This document shows positions 1 through 10,491 of a stretch of 64,000 nucleotides of DNA, piece after piece. Source of the DNA: a virus; IMG/VR virus record IMGVR_UViG_3300042397_002774, positions 96,927 through 160,926 of that record. One strand, given 5' to 3'. The notes below the pieces were generated by a model. It did no database searches. It saw only the letters and a program-made list of their open reading frames with translations, and was not told the DNA's origin. The translations under genes and the position numbers were made by a program. The first letter of the stretch is position 1; each line of letters opens with the position of its first letter.

Positions 1-1995
1 TGCTCCTTGAGCTCCGTTTGTTCCATTAGTTCCATTCGTACCTGCAGTTCCTTGGGCACCTGTCGCTCCTTGAGCTCCGTTTGTTCCATTCGTACCTGCA
101 GTACCTTGGTCGCCTTTAAAGCCTTGGAAACCTCTGTCGCCTTGATCGCCTTTAAAGCCTCTATCGCCTTGGTCTCCTTTATCTCCCTTGTCGCCTTTTA
201 ATCCTTGAAAACCTTGAGTCCCTCTATCACCTTGAGAACCTTGTCTTCCTTGATCGCCTTGGAAGCCTCTAGCACCTTGATCACCTTGGTTACCTTGATC
301 GCCTTTAAAACCTTGTTGGCCTGTAGAGCCTTGAGCGCCTGTTGAACCTTGAATACCTTGTACAGACATATCTGTAGTAAAGGACCAAACCCCACCGCTT
401 CTTAAATATAATTTTCCATAATCTGGATCTGATTGAGATAAACTACCACCAACTAAACCGAATTGTCCATCAGGACATGTATTGTCTGCTAATAATGCAG
501 ATACTGAGTTATATGTTTGGTAAATTATAAAACCTTGTCCTGTAATACCTTGGTATCCTTGATCACCCTTAGCACCTTGAGCACCAGTAGTACCTTGTGT
601 ACCTACTGTACCTTGTATTCCTTGAAAACCTTGGAAGCCTCTATCGCCTTGGTCACCCTTATCGCCTTTAATACCTTGAGGACCTATAGGACCTTGGTTG
701 CCTTGATCTCCCTTAGCGCCTTGAAATCCTTGGTCGCCTTGATCGCCCTTAGTTCCTTGGATACCTTGATCACCTTGGAAACCTTGGATACCTTGAAAAC
801 CTTGATCTCCTTTAGCACCTTGTAAACCTGTTGGTCCTTGGTTACCTTGAAATCCAGTTTCACCTTGAGGACCTACACTTCCTTGAGCTCCAACAGAACC
901 TTGAGATCCAGTGGGGCCTTGAGCACCAACAGCACCTTGATTGCCTGTTGCTCCTTGAGCACCAACAGATCCTTGTGCACCTGTTGCACCTTGATTACCT
1001 TGAGAACCAATTTCTCCCAAGTAATTATTTATTTCTATAGTATCTCCTTCAGCAGCACCATTAGCTAAAACAACGGTTGTACCGTTTGATGCTGTATAAT
1101 CTACTCCTACTGTTTGTTTAACACCGTTCCAGAATACATCTACTAACCCAATATTATAACCACCAGGTACTGTAAATGTCGTTTGATTTAATGTTGTTGT
1201 AAATACAGTTACATTTCTTGCTGATGCACTTATTGCTCCTTGAGCTCCAGTTTCACCTTGACTACCTTGAAATCCTATAGGGCCTTGAAAACCTTGAGCA
1301 CCTGTTACTCCTTGATCTCCTTTTACTCCTTGAAAACCTTGGAAACCTCTATCACCTTGAGTACCTTGTACTCCATCAGCTCCAACATATCCTGCTTGGC
1401 CTTGGAAACCTTGGAAACCTTGATAACCCCTCATACCACCAACAGTAGCAACTGCAGTACCTGCTACAGGAACTGCAAAAGTAATTGTTAATGTATTAGC
1501 GTTTGTTGCTATAGTAGGAGCAACTAGAATTTGATCATCAATATCATATAATTCTACTACAGGATATTTTTCATTTAAATTATGTGTAAACACCCATGTT
1601 GTTGAGGCAGCAAATGTTTGTTTGGCTGTTCTTCCATCTCCAGAACTAGCAGCTGTATTATCAATCCATACAGCTCCGTTTTCAGTTATTTGTAGAACTT
1701 GTCCTACAGATCCTGTACTATTAGTATAGTCACGAACTGTATTTGGTAGTTTTACACTACCACTTAATGTTAAAGCTCCTGTAATGTTGTGAGATGAACC
1801 TGAGATTGAAAGTGATCCTGTGTTTTGGGCGTTCGTTACAAGTATTTCTTCAATACTTTCGCCTGCTGATCCACTTTTCTCAAAATAAATTTTACCGTCG
1901 TAGGTATTCATTGCCAACTCACCCAACTCCAACTGCGATGTAGTTGGTTTGTTGCCAGTGGTTGCACTCCTACGTAACTTAACAATTTGCGCCAT
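1..1995 (-). CDS. Collagen-like tail fibre protein (3' end runs off the window)
   Basis: ATG at 1995 gives MAQIVKLRRSATTGNKPTTSQLELGELAMNTYDGKIY, then long G-x-Q runs. Absent from the ORF track, apparently because no stop lies inside the window. Paralogous to 2066..7483. Confidence 0.85.
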   Translation of the reverse strand, partial: MAQIVKLRRSATTGNKPTTSQLELGELAMNTYDGKIYFEKSGSAGESIEEILVTNAQNTGSLSISGSSHNITGALTLSGSVKLPNTVRDYTNSTGSVGQVLQITENGAVWIDNTAASSGDGRTAKQTFAASTTWVFTHNLNEKYPVVELYDIDDQILVAPTIATNANTLTITFAVPVAGTAVATVGGMRGYQGFQGFQGQAGYVGADGVQGTQGDRGFQGFQGVKGDQGVTGAQGFQGPIGFQGSQGETGAQGAISASARNVTVFTTTLNQTTFTVPGGYNIGLVDVFWNGVKQTVGVDYTASNGTTVVLANGAAEGDTIEINNYLGEIGSQGNQGATGAQGSVGAQGATGNQGAVGAQGPTGSQGSVGAQGSVGPQGETGFQGNQGPTGLQGAKGDQGFQGIQGFQGDQGIQGTKGDQGDQGFQGAKGDQGNQGPIGPQGIKGDKGDQGDRGFQGFQGIQGTVGTQGTTGAQGAKGDQGYQGITGQGFIIYQTYNSVSALLADNTCPDGQFGLVGGSLSQSDPDYGKLYLRSGGVWSFTTDMSVQGIQGSTGAQGSTGQQGFKGDQGNQGDQGARGFQGDQGRQGSQGDRGTQGFQGLKGDKGDKGDQGDRGFKGDQGDRGFQGFKGDQGTAGTNGTNGAQGATGAQGTAGTNGTNGTNGAQGA

Positions 1996-2065
1996 ATCTA
2001 TGGTCTGTTTTTAATTTAGTATGTACTAATATGTCTTATGATCTATATAGATCGTGTATAAATAT

Positions 2066-5000
2066 TTACTTAGAAGCTAACTGCGATTCTAGGTATGCTA
2101 TTTTTGCATTTAATTCTTTTATTGCTTCTACTAATAATGCTGTAACTTTTCCATAGTCTATAGAATGTCTATCATCAATGCCAGCAAGTAAATCAGCTTG
2201 GATGCTTACTACTTCAGGAACAATTTCTTTAACATCTTGAGCAATGAAACCAATTTTAGTAGATTTATCTTCAGTATCTATTCTATTGTAATAGACACCA
2301 TTTATTTTTACTACTTTTTCTAAAGCATTAGTAATTGGTATAATATTTTCTTTAAGTCTAGCATCTGAATATGCTGTTACATCCCCGGTAGCTGTAGTAT
2401 TACCACTATTATCAACTCTTAAAATCCAAGAACGACCTGTACTCAAAAATCCAATTGCATTATCTGAAGCGTTATGTATATAATTTCTAGCTGTACCGCC
2501 ACTTACTAAAAAGTGAATACTAGCATCAGAATTACCAGATCTCATATAAAAATCAGAACCATCTTTTGGGTATAAATGCCACCCTGTAGTTGACCAGTAT
2601 ATACCATTACTGTTAGTATGATTTCTAAACCAACCTCCTGTTGTGTATACATCACCACCTCTTACTACACTAAAACTAACATCATCAGAAGTTCTTACAT
2701 ATTGATTCATATTCCAAGCATATGCAGCATTACTGGATGTCATTATTCTTTCCCAACCAGACCATCCTGAAGGAGTATATCCACTACCTACAGCATATCT
2801 GTAACTTAATCCTGAAGAACCACCCCACCATAATTGCATTTGTCTATGAGAAGTATTAAATTCACTCCATGGAGCGACTGTTTGCATAGCTCCCCAATAA
2901 TCACCAGCTGGACCACCATTTTGTCCAGTATTATTAAAGTGCCATCCTACTCTATTTCCATCATAAGTATTAGGCCCATAACTTGTATCTCTCCAATCGG
3001 GGATATTTATACTTCCTGCATAACCACTAATATTTGTTACTCCAGTAATATATCCACTATTATTAGTAAATTGAGATATATTCATACTAGATAATGATCC
3101 TGCACTAGATGCATATCCTGCACTATCAGCATATCCTGCATATATTTTGCTCCAACCTCCCCAAGAACCACCTTCTAAAAATCTTACAGAAACATATGGA
3201 TTACCCCCAGTGGATGTTCTATTCCAATAAAATTGAGATCCATAGTTACTATATTCGTTACCTAAACCAATAGTCATTCCATAATACTGAGAGGCTCCTG
3301 TACTAGGACCATTAGTATTTCCTTGCATATATCTAAAACCCCAATCTCCATAGCTATTAAAGTTAGTATAAGTACCATGTACTTGACCCATATTATTAAA
3401 TAACTGAGTAGACGATAGACCATTTAATTGAGATGAATTTGTTGCAGTAGTAGCTGTTGTTGCACTAGTAGCTGAAGTAGCTGTAGATGCATTTCCTATA
3501 AAATTACCACTATTATCTATATATGATACGTCTGTACCATTTCTTCTAAATTGAACAATTCTATCAGACCCACTATCAGAAACAATATACCATCTAGCAG
3601 CATGATATTGTATTTTACCTTGTGTACCCGGGTCTCCAGTCCAGTTAGAAGTTGAATTACTTCTTATATCTGAATTTGTTATTGTTATAGTTCCGGTCAT
3701 TGTACCACCAGAAAGAGGTAATGCATAAGAAGAATAATTACTACTATCTAAAACAGTTCTCCATGCTTGCCAAGTACCACTATTTTTACCTCTAATAGCT
3801 ATTTGACCCGTTCTAAAATCACCATATATTTGATGTATCCAAGATGAATTATAAGCAGATGAATATAACCCACCATCTGTTTGTCCAAATAAACTTACAG
3901 ATGTATTATAACCTAACTGATTTTGTGTTACTGAATCTGGATTGATTCCATTCGCACTACTAGTTAATGTTAATCCTGATACAGAGCCTGCTGTTCCCGA
4001 TGTATTTTGGTTCCATGTTGGTATATTACCAGCATGATAAATTATATTACCTCCTACAGTAGGTGTGGCTCTAGGAAAGTTTACTACACCTGTATTAGTT
4101 GCAGTCATAAATAATTGAGGGCCTGTTGCATATGAATCTGTTGTTGCAAACCCCATTGCAGTACCACTACTATTATTATTAGAAACATAAATACCTGCTT
4201 GAGATTCAGAAGAAGAACCTCCCATAAAAGTAATTGCTGCTTGGTAATTATTTCCTGAAGTACCAGCTCCATTTTGAAAATGGTAATTACCTATTATTGT
4301 TTTCCCAACATTAAAACTGTTATTAGCAATACCTGTAGCCGTATTATAAGTAGTATATAAAATACCACTCATAGTATCTCCAGACCTAGCTACAGCATTT
4401 AAAGAACCTGCTGTGCCTTGAGCACCTTGTACTCCTGTACCTGTAGCTCCTTGAGCACCAGTACTACCTTGGGCGCCTGTAGCTCCTTGAGCACCTGTAG
4501 CACCTTGAGCACCATTAGTACCATTAGTACCATTAGTTCCGTTTGTACCTGCTGTTCCCTGTGCCCCAGTACTACCTTGAGCGCCTGTAGCACCTTGGGC
4601 TCCAATAGTACCTTGAGCTCCATTCGATCCGTTAGTTCCATTAGTTCCTGCTGCTCCCTGAGCACCTGTTGCTCCTTGAGCACCATTTGTACCATTTGTA
4701 CCTGCTGTTCCTTGTAAACCAGTAGGACCTATATTTCCTTGATCTCCTTTAGCACCTTGTAAACCAGTAGGACCTACTGGACCTTGGGTTCCTTGATGAC
4801 CTTGCTGACCTGTAAATCCTTGATCACCTTTATCACCTTTTAATCCTTGAACACCAATAGCCCCTTGAAGACCAGTTGGTCCTGTAGCACCTTGCAATCC
4901 TGTTGGACCTATAGGACCTTGAGGACCTTGAACACCTTGAGGACCCCCTGCTAATAAATTTGTACCTACACCAGCAGAAGCTGCTGTTAAGTCAATATAA

Positions 5001-7483
5001 GCTCCTCTTGCATTTCCCCCTTGTTCAAAAAATCTTAATCTATTTTGCCAAACGTCTACTGTTACACCTACACCAACAAGTGATGTATTAGTTGCTGGTT
5101 TACCTAATAGTATTTCACCCCCTTCATCTCCTGATTGGTATAATATACTTAATTTTTGACCATCAAATTGAAGTAATGATTCTCCATTAAATGGAGTACT
5201 ACTATTACCTGTAGCAGTAACAACATAATTGTCTGTGTTATTAGTTATTGAAACTGATGCTGATGTGCCTTGATTTCCTTGAAAACCTTGATCGCCTTTA
5301 GCACCTTGATCACCTTTAGTACCTTGAAATCCAAATCCTTGATAACCTTGGAAGCCTCTATCACCCTGGTCGCCTTGAAAGCCTTTATCACCGGTTGGAC
5401 CTTGAAAACCTTGAAATCCATCTCCTTGGTAACCTTGAAAACCCATGTCACCCTGAGCGCCTTGGAAACCTTGATCTCCATCAGCACCTTGAGAGCCTTG
5501 ATATCCAAAACCTTGATAACCTTGGAAACCCATATCGCCTTGAGGACCTTGAAAACCTTGATCGCCTTTAGTACCTTGGACTCCAGTAGCACCCTGTGCT
5601 CCATCAGCACCAATATAGCCATCTGCCCCTTGAAAACCTTGATTACCTTTAGCACCTTGTAAGCCTGTAGGACCTTGATAGCCTTGATCACCTTGGTCAC
5701 CATGGTCACCTTTAAATCCTTGATGACCTTGGAAACCTTGATCACCCATATCACCTTGAGTACCTTGAACACCTTGGAAACCAGTATCACCTTTAAATCC
5801 TTGAGCACCAGTAGGACCTTGATTGCCTTGATGGCCTTGAACACCAATAAGACCTTGATGGCCTTGGTTACCTTGAGCACCTATATTGCCTTGATCGCCT
5901 TTAGTACCTTGATGTCCTTGAGCACCTTGAGGTCCTAATTGTGTATAAGTAATTTGTTCTACATCTACAATAACTGAAGGTGATTGTGGTTGACCATTTG
6001 AAGGTAAATTAACAATTTGTGCGTGATCAGAATTAGATTGAAAATAAAATTCTAAATAATCTCCAGCATTAACTGTAAAAATATAAGCTACATAAGGTAA
6101 TTGATATGCACTATTTGATATTAAAGTAACAGTAGATGAACTTCTTGGAACATTAACTCCATTTATTTTAGCCCAAATAATAACATCAGCTGCAGAACCT
6201 CCTTGAGTTTTTCCTATTTGTGCTGAATATCCTATTCTGTAAGTTCCAGCATAATCAAAAATAATTTGAGATCCACTAATACGAACCCCATTTGCATTTT
6301 CAGTTGTATTTAAGGTCCATACTGTTTCAGTATTTGCTGCTGTTACATTTTGAGTTTGAGTAGATGAAAATTGTCCATAGTAAGCTACTGTACCACCCAC
6401 ACCTACAGGACCCGCTATACCTTGATAACCTTGATCGCCTTGAAAACCTCTAGGACCTTGATTACCTTGAGGACCTACTACTGTTGAATCAGCACCTTGA
6501 TGACCTTGATCACCAATTAAACCTTGGAAACCTTGATATCCTTGAGGGCCTTGAGCACCTTGATCGCCTTTAAAACCCTGGATGCCTTGATGGCCTTGAG
6601 CCCCTTGATCACCTTTTAAACCTTCATTACCTTGAAAACCTTGAAATCCTCTAACCCCCTGTGCACCTATTTCTCCTAAATAATTATCTATTTCTATTGT
6701 ATCACCTATACTAGCAGGATTTGTTAATACTATTGTTGTACCATTTGATGCTGTGTAATCTACTCCTTCAGTTTGCTTAACACCATTCCAAAACACATCA
6801 ACCATAGTTAACGTATATCCACCTGGTACTACAAATGTTGTTTGACCAGCAGTTGCAGTAAATATAGTTATATCTCTAGCAGATGAACTTACTGCTCCTT
6901 GGGCACCTGTTGCACCTTGACTACCTTGAAATCCTAAAGGACCTTGAAAACCTTGAGCACCATCTGCTCCAAGGAATCCATTAGATCCTTGAAAACCTTG
7001 GAATCCTATAACTCCTTGAGCACCAGTTGTACCATTAAATCCTTGATCGCCTTTATCGCCTTTATCTCCTTGAAAACCTTGGTCGCCTTTTGTTCCTTGA
7101 ATGCCTTGAGGACCTGCTATGCCTTGAAAGCCTTGGTCGCCTTTTATACCTTGAAAACCTTGGTTGCCTTGAAATCCTTGAACACCAACTGGTCCTTGAT
7201 TACCTTGAGGACCTGCTATGCCTTGTGGACCTGGAGTTCCTATTGATCCTTGAGGACCTAATGGGCCAGGACCTCCTGAAGGGCCTGTTGCTCCTTGAGC
7301 ACCTTGAGCTCCTGCTCCTCCTGTTTCACCAAGAGTTACAATAGTTTCAACACCGTTAACATTTTTCTTAAGATAAACCTTACCATCGTAAGTATTCATA
7401 GCTAACTCACCTAATTGTAAGTCAGCAATTGTAGGAATCTTTCCAGGCGTAGCTGTTCTACGCAGAGTAATAAGACGAGACAT
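2066..7483 (-). CDS. Collagen-like long tail fibre with C-terminal intramolecular chaperone (peptidase S74-like)
   Basis: N-terminal LRR..GELAMNTYDGK anchor, several G-x-Q collagen tracts, knob-like W-x-x-W modules, and C-terminal 'GDVTAYSDARLKENI...GFIAQDV...DYGKVTALLVEAIKEL'. Confidence 0.9.
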   Translation of the reverse strand: MSRLITLRRTATPGKIPTIADLQLGELAMNTYDGKVYLKKNVNGVETIVTLGETGGAGAQGAQGATGPSGGPGPLGPQGSIGTPGPQGIAGPQGNQGPVGVQGFQGNQGFQGIKGDQGFQGIAGPQGIQGTKGDQGFQGDKGDKGDQGFNGTTGAQGVIGFQGFQGSNGFLGADGAQGFQGPLGFQGSQGATGAQGAVSSSARDITIFTATAGQTTFVVPGGYTLTMVDVFWNGVKQTEGVDYTASNGTTIVLTNPASIGDTIEIDNYLGEIGAQGVRGFQGFQGNEGLKGDQGAQGHQGIQGFKGDQGAQGPQGYQGFQGLIGDQGHQGADSTVVGPQGNQGPRGFQGDQGYQGIAGPVGVGGTVAYYGQFSSTQTQNVTAANTETVWTLNTTENANGVRISGSQIIFDYAGTYRIGYSAQIGKTQGGSAADVIIWAKINGVNVPRSSSTVTLISNSAYQLPYVAYIFTVNAGDYLEFYFQSNSDHAQIVNLPSNGQPQSPSVIVDVEQITYTQLGPQGAQGHQGTKGDQGNIGAQGNQGHQGLIGVQGHQGNQGPTGAQGFKGDTGFQGVQGTQGDMGDQGFQGHQGFKGDHGDQGDQGYQGPTGLQGAKGNQGFQGADGYIGADGAQGATGVQGTKGDQGFQGPQGDMGFQGYQGFGYQGSQGADGDQGFQGAQGDMGFQGYQGDGFQGFQGPTGDKGFQGDQGDRGFQGYQGFGFQGTKGDQGAKGDQGFQGNQGTSASVSITNNTDNYVVTATGNSSTPFNGESLLQFDGQKLSILYQSGDEGGEILLGKPATNTSLVGVGVTVDVWQNRLRFFEQGGNARGAYIDLTAASAGVGTNLLAGGPQGVQGPQGPIGPTGLQGATGPTGLQGAIGVQGLKGDKGDQGFTGQQGHQGTQGPVGPTGLQGAKGDQGNIGPTGLQGTAGTNGTNGAQGATGAQGAAGTNGTNGSNGAQGTIGAQGATGAQGSTGAQGTAGTNGTNGTNGTNGAQGATGAQGATGAQGSTGAQGATGTGVQGAQGTAGSLNAVARSGDTMSGILYTTYNTATGIANNSFNVGKTIIGNYHFQNGAGTSGNNYQAAITFMGGSSSESQAGIYVSNNNSSGTAMGFATTDSYATGPQLFMTATNTGVVNFPRATPTVGGNIIYHAGNIPTWNQNTSGTAGSVSGLTLTSSANGINPDSVTQNQLGYNTSVSLFGQTDGGLYSSAYNSSWIHQIYGDFRTGQIAIRGKNSGTWQAWRTVLDSSNYSSYALPLSGGTMTGTITITNSDIRSNSTSNWTGDPGTQGKIQYHAARWYIVSDSGSDRIVQFRRNGTDVSYIDNSGNFIGNASTATSATSATTATTATNSSQLNGLSSTQLFNNMGQVHGTYTNFNSYGDWGFRYMQGNTNGPSTGASQYYGMTIGLGNEYSNYGSQFYWNRTSTGGNPYVSVRFLEGGSWGGWSKIYAGYADSAGYASSAGSLSSMNISQFTNNSGYITGVTNISGYAGSINIPDWRDTSYGPNTYDGNRVGWHFNNTGQNGGPAGDYWGAMQTVAPWSEFNTSHRQMQLWWGGSSGLSYRYAVGSGYTPSGWSGWERIMTSSNAAYAWNMNQYVRTSDDVSFSVVRGGDVYTTGGWFRNHTNSNGIYWSTTGWHLYPKDGSDFYMRSGNSDASIHFLVSGGTARNYIHNASDNAIGFLSTGRSWILRVDNSGNTTATGDVTAYSDARLKENIIPITNALEKVVKINGVYYNRIDTEDKSTKIGFIAQDVKEIVPEVVSIQADLLAGIDDRHSIDYGKVTALLVEAIKELNAKIAYLESQLASK

Positions 7484-7552
7484 AAGCGCTCAATATTTTT
7501 AAGTATATACTTGCACCTTGCGGTGACCTATCTATCAGGCATATATAAATAT

Positions 7553-7576
7553 AAAAGGGCTCCGAATTGGAGCCCT
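7553..7576 (-). terminator. Rho-independent terminator
   Basis: AGGGCTCC-aattc-GGAGCCCT followed by TTT on the minus strand, just after the 7604 stop. Confidence 0.8.
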
Positions 7577-7603
7577 AATTAATTATATATTTAAATTATT
7601 ATT

Positions 7604-8941
7604 TTAGAATGTACCGCCGTCTATAACATTAGTCATTGTCCAAGCGCTACCATCCCATTTAGCATATTGATCTGCAGCTGAAGGAGCAGTCATTGAAACT
7701 ACTTCACTTGAAGCATTGCCATATATTAAAGCATTTGTTGTTAAAGAAGCTGCATTTTGAACTGCAATTCTTTTTTCTGATCCTAATGGACCTGCTATCC
7801 AGTAATCGTTTGTTGTATCCCAAAGTAATGAACCAGATACTGTATTTGGTGAGGTTGGATCTTTAACAACCAAACCTGCATTTGTAGCACCAGTACCATT
7901 TAATGAAATTATATTATCACCAATTTCAACTGTTGTTGAGTTTACAATTGTTGAAGTACCACTTACTGTTAAATTACCTCCAATTACTAAATTGTTTGCA
8001 AATGAAGCATTTGAACCACTTAAAGTTAATACTGTAGCTCCAGTACTTGATTTAATATCATTACCTGAAACTTGTAAATCACCTGAAATAGCTACATCAG
8101 AACCAGATAATGTGATTGCTGTACTTCCACCACTTGATTTAATATCATCACCACCTACTGTTAAATCACCACTAATTGTTACATTATTTGGTAATCCGAT
8201 AGTTATTGTTTGTCCTGAAATTGAAGTTTCAACTTCATTAGCTGTTCCTACAACTGATAAAGCTTGAGTTAATAAATCAACACTTCCTGAACCGCTATCT
8301 GATGTAATATCTAATTCAGTTACTAATCCAGTTAAACCAGCACCATTACCTACAAATGAACCACTAAATGAACCACTAGCTGATGTAAATACACCTTGTT
8401 GAGCATAAATTGTTCTCCAACGTTTACTATTTGTACCTAAATCAAAAGCAATATCTACATCTGGTATGATGGATGAACTAATATCAGCTCCGAATGTTAC
8501 AAAATCTGTATTAGAATCACCAACTGTGATATTACCACCTAAAGTAATGTTACCATCAATTGTTGCGTTACCACTTAAATATAAGTTAGAACCTGTAATT
8601 ACACCTGTAGTAATACTTGAAGGAGTAATTGCACTTCCACTTACAGCACCTGCTAAGTCTAAACGAACATTACCAGCTGTTTTTAAAATGTAAAGATTTT
8701 TACTACCAGTTTCATAGAAAGAAACACCTTCTAATTGGCTATAGCTAGAAATATCTGGTGCAGAAGAACCATAATATAATTGAGGGACTGCTTTGTAAGA
8801 GCTTGAATCTCCAACGAACAATACAGGGCCTACTAGGTTACCTATGGAGCCTGTACCTAATATAATTTCACCAGCATTTATTGGTGTTATATTACCGACG
8901 TTGGCTATCGAACCGCGACGGTGTTTAATTATTTGGGCCAT
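7604..8941 (-). CDS. Tail fibre/spike-like virion protein
   Basis: MAQIIKHRRG N-terminus, repeated 'GDL.V.G' beta-strand units, C-terminal IDGGTF; lies among fibre genes. Confidence 0.7.
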   Translation of the reverse strand: MAQIIKHRRGSIANVGNITPINAGEIILGTGSIGNLVGPVLFVGDSSSYKAVPQLYYGSSAPDISSYSQLEGVSFYETGSKNLYILKTAGNVRLDLAGAVSGSAITPSSITTGVITGSNLYLSGNATIDGNITLGGNITVGDSNTDFVTFGADISSSIIPDVDIAFDLGTNSKRWRTIYAQQGVFTSASGSFSGSFVGNGAGLTGLVTELDITSDSGSGSVDLLTQALSVVGTANEVETSISGQTITIGLPNNVTISGDLTVGGDDIKSSGGSTAITLSGSDVAISGDLQVSGNDIKSSTGATVLTLSGSNASFANNLVIGGNLTVSGTSTIVNSTTVEIGDNIISLNGTGATNAGLVVKDPTSPNTVSGSLLWDTTNDYWIAGPLGSEKRIAVQNAASLTTNALIYGNASSEVVSMTAPSAADQYAKWDGSAWTMTNVIDGGTF

Positions 8942-8990
8942 ACTTTTTATTTATAATTTAATGGAATTATGTCTATTAATAAATATTAGA

Positions 8991-9251
8991 TTAGAACGTA
9001 CCCAAGTCAACTGATTGAGGGGTTGTTTCGTCTCCTAAAGTATCTATATTATCTATTGTTAAAGATGCAGAAGATATTCCAGGTTGATCATGTATTACAG
9101 CATCTCCATATATGGTTATTGCAGGGATTGATGATGTTTGTTGATAGAAGGTTGCTGAACCACTGGTTACAGTTAAATCACCTTCTATTACTAATGAACT
9201 CCCTGATAAGCTTAATGGAGATAATATTTGTTCTAATCTAATTCGTGACAT
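8991..9251 (-). CDS. Small virion-associated protein
   Basis: 86 aa, tightly packed in the operon; ends VDLGTF like the neighbouring fibre. Confidence 0.6.
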   Translation of the reverse strand: MSRIRLEQILSPLSLSGSSLVIEGDLTVTSGSATFYQQTSSIPAITIYGDAVIHDQPGISSASLTIDNIDTLGDETTPQSVDLGTF

Positions 9252-9258
9252 TTTTATA

Positions 9259-10491
9259 TTATATTATTTTACCTATTACTATTATTTTATCTGCAGGTAC
9301 AAATTCATATTCTAACAATGTAGGATTTATTGTTAATATTGAATTTGATCCTACAGTTTCAAATGATACAATTGCTGATAATGGTATGTAAAGGCTATTA
9401 GCAGTAAATGTAAAGTTTGATAATGTAGGAGCAGGAACTAATGATCCTTGTGGTGGGTTCAATATACTAACACCAGCAAATACTGCTTGGGTTGGTGTTA
9501 CAGTTGTAGCTACTCTTGTATTATTTGTTTGTAAGTATTCAAGATCACTAGCTGCTACACTTACAAGAGTAATATTAGTTGATCCTTCAACAAATGATGT
9601 ACCACCACCTATATTTGGTCTAATTCCAATTGTTTGTACTTCTTCAGCATCACCTGTTGTAGTTTCTAAACCAAATACAACTTGGGATTTTGAATAAAAC
9701 ATATCACTATTAGCTAATTCTTTATTAATAGAATCCGGAATTATATACCCATTTAATGTAATACTAAATGTTGTTTTTGCAATTCTATCATTATCTGATT
9801 CTACTGACACTGTTGTAGCAAATGAATCGATTTTAGATCTAAATTGAAAACGTTTTGGATCACCCCAATATGAATCAGAAGCAAATTCTACAGCTTCAAC
9901 AATTTTATTATTTTGTTCTACATAGTTTGTAAATATAATACATTCATATGTTACAGTAACGTAATCAGGTACTACAGATACATAAAACTGAGATGATGGA
10001 ACTTTATTTGTTAATATTGAAAATTTATCATAATGGTTTTTAGCATTATATTTTGTTTCAAATACTTGAAATAAATGAGCTTTATTACCATCTATTTTAT
10101 TACCTAAAGTTCTATTTTTTTCAACATTATTACGTCTGAATACTATAATAGGAACTCTAACTTTATTATTTGAATCTCTTAAGAATCCATCCTGTTGTAT
10201 TGATTTCCATCTTTCAGGAGAACCATATATTATAGGAACATTAATCATTTCCCCATCTTGGAAGACTTGAGGTTTGATTGTGTTGTTAAAATAATATATA
10301 ATAGCTCCATCTAAGTCTTGTAAACCAATAGAAAAATCTTTTATTTTATCGTTTTTACGAGAAATTTCTTTAGCACGATTTTGAGTAAAAGAAGTAGTAG
10401 AAACTGGCTTGCCTATTGATTTATCATAGGCTGTTATTTGTGACTGTGCAGCCTCAAATGGTTTTGTTGTTTCTATAGATCTTTTTCTCAT
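9259..10491 (-). CDS. Tail terminator / sheath stabiliser (T4 gp15-like) with C-terminal extension
   Basis: 'VPIIYGSPERWK...RVPIIVFRR...VPDYVTVTYECIIFTNYVEQNNKIVE' pattern; follows neck genes. Confidence 0.6.
   Translation of the reverse strand: MRKRSIETTKPFEAAQSQITAYDKSIGKPVSTTSFTQNRAKEISRKNDKIKDFSIGLQDLDGAIIYYFNNTIKPQVFQDGEMINVPIIYGSPERWKSIQQDGFLRDSNNKVRVPIIVFRRNNVEKNRTLGNKIDGNKAHLFQVFETKYNAKNHYDKFSILTNKVPSSQFYVSVVPDYVTVTYECIIFTNYVEQNNKIVEAVEFASDSYWGDPKRFQFRSKIDSFATTVSVESDNDRIAKTTFSITLNGYIIPDSINKELANSDMFYSKSQVVFGLETTTGDAEEVQTIGIRPNIGGGTSFVEGSTNITLVSVAASDLEYLQTNNTRVATTVTPTQAVFAGVSILNPPQGSLVPAPTLSNFTFTANSLYIPLSAIVSFETVGSNSILTINPTLLEYEFVPADKIIVIGKII

Noticed and set aside
1-7300. Repetitive DNA that could be mistaken for a CRISPR array
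   Set aside because: Degenerate 9-nt coding periodicity; no constant repeats with unique spacers and no cas operon.
7-7344. Many short plus-strand and off-frame minus-strand ORFs over the fibre genes
   Set aside because: Shadows of the collagen triplet periodicity; no independent coding signal.
2066-8941. Diversity-generating retroelement acting on the fibres
   Set aside because: No reverse transcriptase and no template/variable repeat pair seen in this window.
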